From NCBI GenBank assembly GCA_003166335.1, contig PMWA01000117.1, forward strand, positions 1-22,929: a DNA stretch of 22,929 bases, read 5' to 3'. Made by a program: the position numbers and the translations under genes. Positions 18,755 to 22,929 of the stretch are shown here, one piece after another. Origin of the DNA: Methanobacterium sp. GTDB lineage: Archaea; Methanobacteriota; Methanobacteria; Methanobacteriales; Methanobacteriaceae. The notes beneath the pieces are model-generated. The model saw nothing but the letters and a program-made list of their open reading frames with translations, ran no database searches and was not told where the DNA came from. Numbering within the stretch: position 1 is the stretch's first letter; the number at the start of each line of letters is the position of its first letter.

Positions 18755-19408
18755 ATGTATGTTGTGATAATGGGCGGTGGAAGAGTAGGTTTGAATCTTG
18801 CTTCATTTTTAATTTCTGATGGACATGATGTAACCCTAATTGAACGTGATGATGATTTATGTGGTATTGCTGCTTCTGAATTAGATGCTTTGGTGATATC
18901 TGGCAATGGTACTGATATTAAAACACTGGATGAAGCTAATATAAATGATGCAGATGTTTTCGTGGCAGCCACGGGAAATGATGAAGCCAATCTATTAGCA
19001 TGTGTGTTGGTGAGGGAATATAATGTTCATAAAATTATTGCTCGAGTGAATGATCCTAATCATAGTGCTGCGTTTAAGAAGATAGGTGTTGACTCGGTAA
19101 TAAGTCCTGAACTTACCGCAGCCAGTTATCTTGAAAAATTAATCATAAGACCTAAAATTGCGGATCTGGTGGTTCTGGGTAAAGGTGATGCAGAATTATT
19201 GGATTTAACTGTTGATCATGAGAAGACAATCGGAAAGAGGGTTGGTGATTTAAGTCCCACCGATGATTTTATAATTGTGGCAATATATGAAAAAGGGAAG
19301 ATACTAATTCCAAAACCAGATATGATTTTAAATAAGGGTATGAAAGTTTCAGTTTTGGTTAAAACTAAATTTGCCCAGGATGTTCTAAAGAGATTCAGTA
19401 AATTATAA
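18755..19408 (+). CDS. trkA: TrkA/KtrA-family K+ uptake regulatory subunit (single RCK: TrkA_N + TrkA_C)
   Basis: [11 protein letters not shown]ossmann motif, [20 protein letters not shown] and VISPE. Confidence 0.93.
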   Translation: MYVVIMGGGRVGLNLASFLISDGHDVTLIERDDDLCGIAASELDALVISGNGTDIKTLDEANINDADVFVAATGNDEANLLACVLVREYNVHKIIARVNDPNHSAAFKKIGVDSVISPELTAASYLEKLIIRPKIADLVVLGKGDAELLDLTVDHEKTIGKRVGDLSPTDDFIIVAIYEKGKILIPKPDMILNKGMKVSVLVKTKFAQDVLKRFSKL

Positions 19409-19446
19409 GTATTTATCATTAAATTTTTTAGAGGACAATGAGTTAA

Positions 19447-20946
19447 ATGCATTCAACATCCAAAATTAAAATGGGAGAAGCACGCTCCATACTACACTAC
19501 ACAGGCTTTATGTGCATATTTATAGGGTTATTAATGTTAACGCCTATTGTGGTGGCCCTTATTTATGGTGAATATAAGTATATACTACCTTTTGTTTATT
19601 CTTCTCTTATTAGTATATTATTTGGTATTATCTTGTTTAAGATTTTTAATAAGGAGGAAGAATTAACACTGAGAGGTGCTATGATCTTTTCAACTGGCAT
19701 TTGGTTGGTTGCCTGCGCCTTTTCAGCACTTCCGTTTTATTTCTCCGGTGATCTAACCTACTTGGAAGGATACTTTGAAGCCATGTCAGGTTACACTACC
19801 ACTGGTTTTAGTATGTACCTTAATCTGAATGCAGCCGCATATACCATGGATTTCTGGAGAGGATTCATGCAGTGGCTGGGAGGTGTAGGAATTATAGTAA
19901 TGGCTTTAACTATTCTATCATCGCCTAATATTAATATTATGAGATTGTATGCTGCAGAAGGAAGGGATGAAAGAATATTACCTAGTATAAGACACACAAC
20001 AAGAGCCATATTATATGTATATGTTTTATATACTGCGCTTGGTATTATTCTATTCAAACTGGCAGGAATGCCTCTTTTTGACTCGGTATTTTATACATTC
20101 TCTGCTTTATCCACCGGTGGTTTTGCCATGCAAAACGCCAGCCTAGCCTTTTATAATAATATTTGGATTGAAATTGTTGCTATGATTATTATGATCATTG
20201 GAGCCACTAATTTTGCTTTACATTACACAATATTACCAGCTCCATTTGGAAGGGGAAAATGGAATGAATACTTCAAAGACATTGAAACTAAGGTTTCTTG
20301 GCCTCTCCTGATTATAGGAACCATTTTAGTGGCTGTATTTTTATTTAACACTCCTTATTATGGGCATAACTTCCTATTATCCCTAAGATTATCTGTTTTC
20401 CAAGTAATATCAGCTTTAACGACCACTGGTCTGCAGACATCATCCGGTCCTCAGATAACCAATCAATATGCGGGAATGGGTATTTTCGTCCTTACATTGC
20501 TTATGATTATTGGTGCTGGATCTTGCTCAACTGGTGGAGGTATAAAGTGGATTAGGATCGGTACAATGGTTAAAGAGGTGTGGTGGGAGATTAAATCATA
20601 TTTACTCCCCCAAAGTGCTAAAATATCTAAAAAAATACACCATATTCAAAATATAACTGTAGATAAGGATATTTCAAGGTTAACTGGACTTTTTGTCTTC
20701 ATATTCCTATCTGTATACATAGTGAGTGTTATTATAACCCTTTTTTATTATCAAAACGTCTCTCAAGTACTTTTTGAGGTGGCATCGGCTATAAGTAATG
20801 TAGGACTTACCTCATCCCTTATTACTGCAACCTCACCACCTGTTATAAAAGTATTATTCATATTTGACATGTGGATAGGTAGACTAGAAATATGGCCTAT
20901 ATTGATATTCTTGGCTATAATACTCAGAAACACAGTGAGAAGATAA
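19447..20946 (+). CDS. trkH: TrkH-family K+ uptake membrane subunit
   Basis: Four pore loops with Gly retained (TTTGFS, STGGFA, TTTGLQ, SNVGLT), plus WRGFMQWLGGVG, GSCSTGGGIK and MWIGRLEI. Confidence 0.95.
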   Translation: MHSTSKIKMGEARSILHYTGFMCIFIGLLMLTPIVVALIYGEYKYILPFVYSSLISILFGIILFKIFNKEEELTLRGAMIFSTGIWLVACAFSALPFYFSGDLTYLEGYFEAMSGYTTTGFSMYLNLNAAAYTMDFWRGFMQWLGGVGIIVMALTILSSPNINIMRLYAAEGRDERILPSIRHTTRAILYVYVLYTALGIILFKLAGMPLFDSVFYTFSALSTGGFAMQNASLAFYNNIWIEIVAMIIMIIGATNFALHYTILPAPFGRGKWNEYFKDIETKVSWPLLIIGTILVAVFLFNTPYYGHNFLLSLRLSVFQVISALTTTGLQTSSGPQITNQYAGMGIFVLTLLMIIGAGSCSTGGGIKWIRIGTMVKEVWWEIKSYLLPQSAKISKKIHHIQNITVDKDISRLTGLFVFIFLSVYIVSVIITLFYYQNVSQVLFEVASAISNVGLTSSLITATSPPVIKVLFIFDMWIGRLEIWPILIFLAIILRNTVRR

Positions 20947-20974
20947 TTAATCTCTTCTTTTTATTGATCTAATT

Positions 20975-21655
20975 ATGAGAATTAGGAAATATAATAACCA
21001 TAAAGGGATCCCAGAATACATTAAGGATCAAATAAAGCAACAACTAATTTTATATAGCTATAATAGGAATTGTTGTCTATTTAGCCTTGGATATAATTGC
21101 ACAGTTACTTCCACTCCATTATAGTCCTATTAGTCAGGCAGAAGTGATTTAGCTGTAGGTCCCTTTGGTTATATCATGACATTAAACTTCTTGGTTTGAG
21201 GAATACTTCATTGTCTTTCTTCGAGGTATTAATTATCATTTTAGGTTCAGAAAAACCTCAATATCGTCTTGGTATAGTTTTAATGGGTATATGGGCGTTA
21301 GGTGCTTTGTTTCTAGCTATTTTTCCCACTGATTTATCTTCAGCAATCCTTCGATACATGGAATTATTCCCAGATAACTGCACTTTTTGCTTTTTTAGGC
21401 GGTGGGTTTGGAGCACTTGTAATTTCACTTAAGTTTAGAAATGATGATAAATTCAAAAGAGTAGTTCTATACGCACTACCATTAGGCTTATTTTCAGCGA
21501 TATTTAGCATCATAACTTTATTAACAGTTTATACGATTTCAAATCCAGGATATATGGGGATTATCGAAAGAGTATTATTAGCTTCTGTACTGCTTTGGAT
21601 GTTAATTATTTCCATTTATTCACTGAAAATGATTAAAATTAACAATTTCGGCTAA
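20975..21655 (+). pseudogene. DUF998-like membrane protein pseudogene
   Basis: Stitched across frames: IAIIGIVVYLALDIIAQLLPLHYSPISQAE/SDLAVGPFGYIMTLNFLV*GIL/SLSFF...LAIFPTD.../SIHGII/QITALFAFLGG...GIIERVLLASVLLW...FG*. At least four frameshifts plus an in-frame TGA at 21197-21199. The 5' boundary is uncertain. ORF 21196..21432 is a fragment of this gene. Confidence 0.82.
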
Positions 21656-21689
21656 AAAACCATATTTTGATTATTAATTATTTTTTGTT

Positions 21690-21812
21690 TTAGGAAGTGT
21701 TCCGGACTTTGTGTGTATGTTTTAAAGTAAATTTCTTTGATTGATTTTCCTTTCGTAAAAATTGCCTCATTTGGTTTTTATTGGTGTAATCATAATCATA
21801 TAATATTTGGAA
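21690..21812 (-). mobile_element. Probable IS end remnant (solo terminal inverted repeat plus possible transposase C-terminus)
   Basis: GGAAGTGTTCCGGACTTTGTGTGT (21693-21716) resembles the GGxAGTGT...TTTGTGT ends of IS256-like/ISM1-like elements (from memory). A 40-codon minus-strand frame (…MRQFLRKENQSKKFTLKHTHKVRNTS*) runs through it and stops right at its edge. No partner repeat was found. Confidence 0.4.
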
Positions 21813-22218
21813 TTATTAAAGAATATATAATTGGATTATTTAGATGAAAAGAATATGTATATAAAAGCAAGGTTTATATCCTATGAACTACTATCTTATA
21901 ATAACAATAATTAACTAAAACATTATGTTGGAATTAACTATTTTTAAAATTAAAATTAATTTTTTTTCAATAAAAAGAGAGTTAATTTTTACTTTTCAAA
22001 TAGAATTATCATTAAAATAAAAATTTTCACATTTTTAAATTATTATTAATTTTAAAATAATATCTATTTAGATTATTCTATCCATTATCTGAAATAGATA
22101 TCTTTGAACCTGGTACTTAAACTGGAGGAATCCATACAAAACTAGGAAACTATAACAATTAATGTTAATAATATATTTAAAAATTTAATAATTAAAAAAA
22201 GAAGTAAATAATAAAACT

Positions 22219-22434
22219 ATGATGACTATAAACTTTTCAAAAAAACTAGTGGAAATATCAAAGATAATAGGAGAAAATGGCGGTGGAATTAGCTACATCC
22301 ATAATGAAGACGATAACTACACTATTGGAACCAAAAAATACAGTGAAAAAATAGCTCAATACTTAAACCGAACAGTAGAAACATGGAAGGGTTGTGAGGC
22401 TAGCTTAGCTAACTTAAAGAAAAGGAAAGAATAA
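22219..22434 (+). CDS. Hypothetical protein (71 aa)
   Basis: ATG-started ORF with raised GC relative to its very AT-rich flanks. No clear RBS or motif. Confidence 0.5.
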   Translation: MMTINFSKKLVEISKIIGENGGGISYIHNEDDNYTIGTKKYSEKIAQYLNRTVETWKGCEASLANLKKRKE

Positions 22435-22645
22435 ACAAATAAAAACAAAGAAAATTGGTTATATTTGGAAAATTCCCTTAACAAAAAATAATTTATTTTC
22501 TATAACTTTTGAAGAAGCGGAAAATTAATTTTTACATTTTCAAAAAATATTTATAATTCTCATTTATTATTAATTTTCCCACATTTGTATTACTAAATTA
22601 TACAGTTGAATAAAATTTTTATAAAAAAAGGGGTAAGGTGATTTT

Positions 22646-22929
22646 TTGATTGAAATTAAGAAGTATTCTAATTATAATGGTCCTGGTGAGTATATCGGAA
22701 GATACAATTATTATCATGAACTTAAGGCTTCACCATTAAAAAACCCGTTTACAGGACCTATAAACAACAAATCTAAATTAAGATTAATTAAAAAATTTAA
22801 AAAATTTCTTGAATCACTTAAAGAAGAGAGTTTGGAATGGAAGGAAATCAGAAGATTTCAACATATATATGAAGATAAAGGGAAGTTAACACTTGTTTGT
22901 TGGTGTGATCCCCTCCCATGTCACGGTGA
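22646..22929 (+). CDS. DUF4326-like protein, copy 2 (3' end outside window; not in ORF track)
   Basis: TTG 22646 after AAGGTGA: MIEIKKYSNYNGPGEYIGRYNYYHELKASPLKNPFTGP...LVCWCDPLPCHG. 69/94 residues are identical to copy 1 by manual alignment. Confidence 0.88.
   Translation, partial: MIEIKKYSNYNGPGEYIGRYNYYHELKASPLKNPFTGPINNKSKLRLIKKFKKFLESLKEESLEWKEIRRFQHIYEDKGKLTLVCWCDPLPCHG

Noticed and set aside
15651..20057. ORFs 15651..15869, 16542..16811, 17034..17267, 17453..17653, 18149..18418, 18748..18990, 19216..19452, 19791..20057
   Set aside because: All overlap stronger genes on the opposite strand. Their apparent repeats merely mirror the HEAT repeats.
21196..21432. 78-aa ORF as a standalone gene
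   Set aside because: It is the middle fragment of the DUF998-like pseudogene, and its last ~25 residues are out of frame.
21693..21703. GGAA-GTG-TTCC (and GGAA-AA-TTCC near 22467) as NrpR operators
   Set aside because: The spacing is not the required GGAA-N6-TTCC, and no nitrogen genes are adjacent.
22600..22612. TACAGTTGAA resembling a methanobacterial mini-ORB near AT-rich DNA
   Set aside because: Single imperfect copy, with no repeat cluster and no cdc6/orc1 gene in the window.

Overview
AT-rich archaeal DNA, most consistent with a Methanobacteriaceae (Methanobacterium-like) genome, judged from GGTGA/GGAGG RBSs, Alba, an archaeal-type GluRS and the gene order. 1-6.5 kb is an intact, conserved euryarchaeal core cluster: mvk (5'-truncated), ipk, fni, rnj, idsA, gltX. 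6.5-12.7 kb is a divalent-cation transport locus. Its minus-strand run is: Lrp/AsnC regulator; soluble PRC/MgtE_N/CBS protein (an MgtE sensor with no pore); NRAMP-related Mg2+-type transporter (DAGG / TIAPW motifs); a CDF exporter with an atypical DD-QD site; and an unannotated, heavily decayed second copy of the NRAMP-like gene. This run converges on a canonical HD-HD CDF paralog. 12.8-22.9 kb is a variable region: alba, two inverted DUF4326-like paralogs about 8 kb apart (the second runs off the window end), a tandem pair of small helical paralogs, a frameshift-split HEAT-repeat gene, a usp-trkA-trkH K+ uptake operon, a DUF998-like pseudogene and a probable IS end remnant. The best candidate for an under-described system is the pairing of a pore-less MgtE sensor with an NRAMP-type Mg2+ carrier. 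I saw no rRNA, tRNA or CRISPR array. All family calls come from motif recognition by eye, not database searches.
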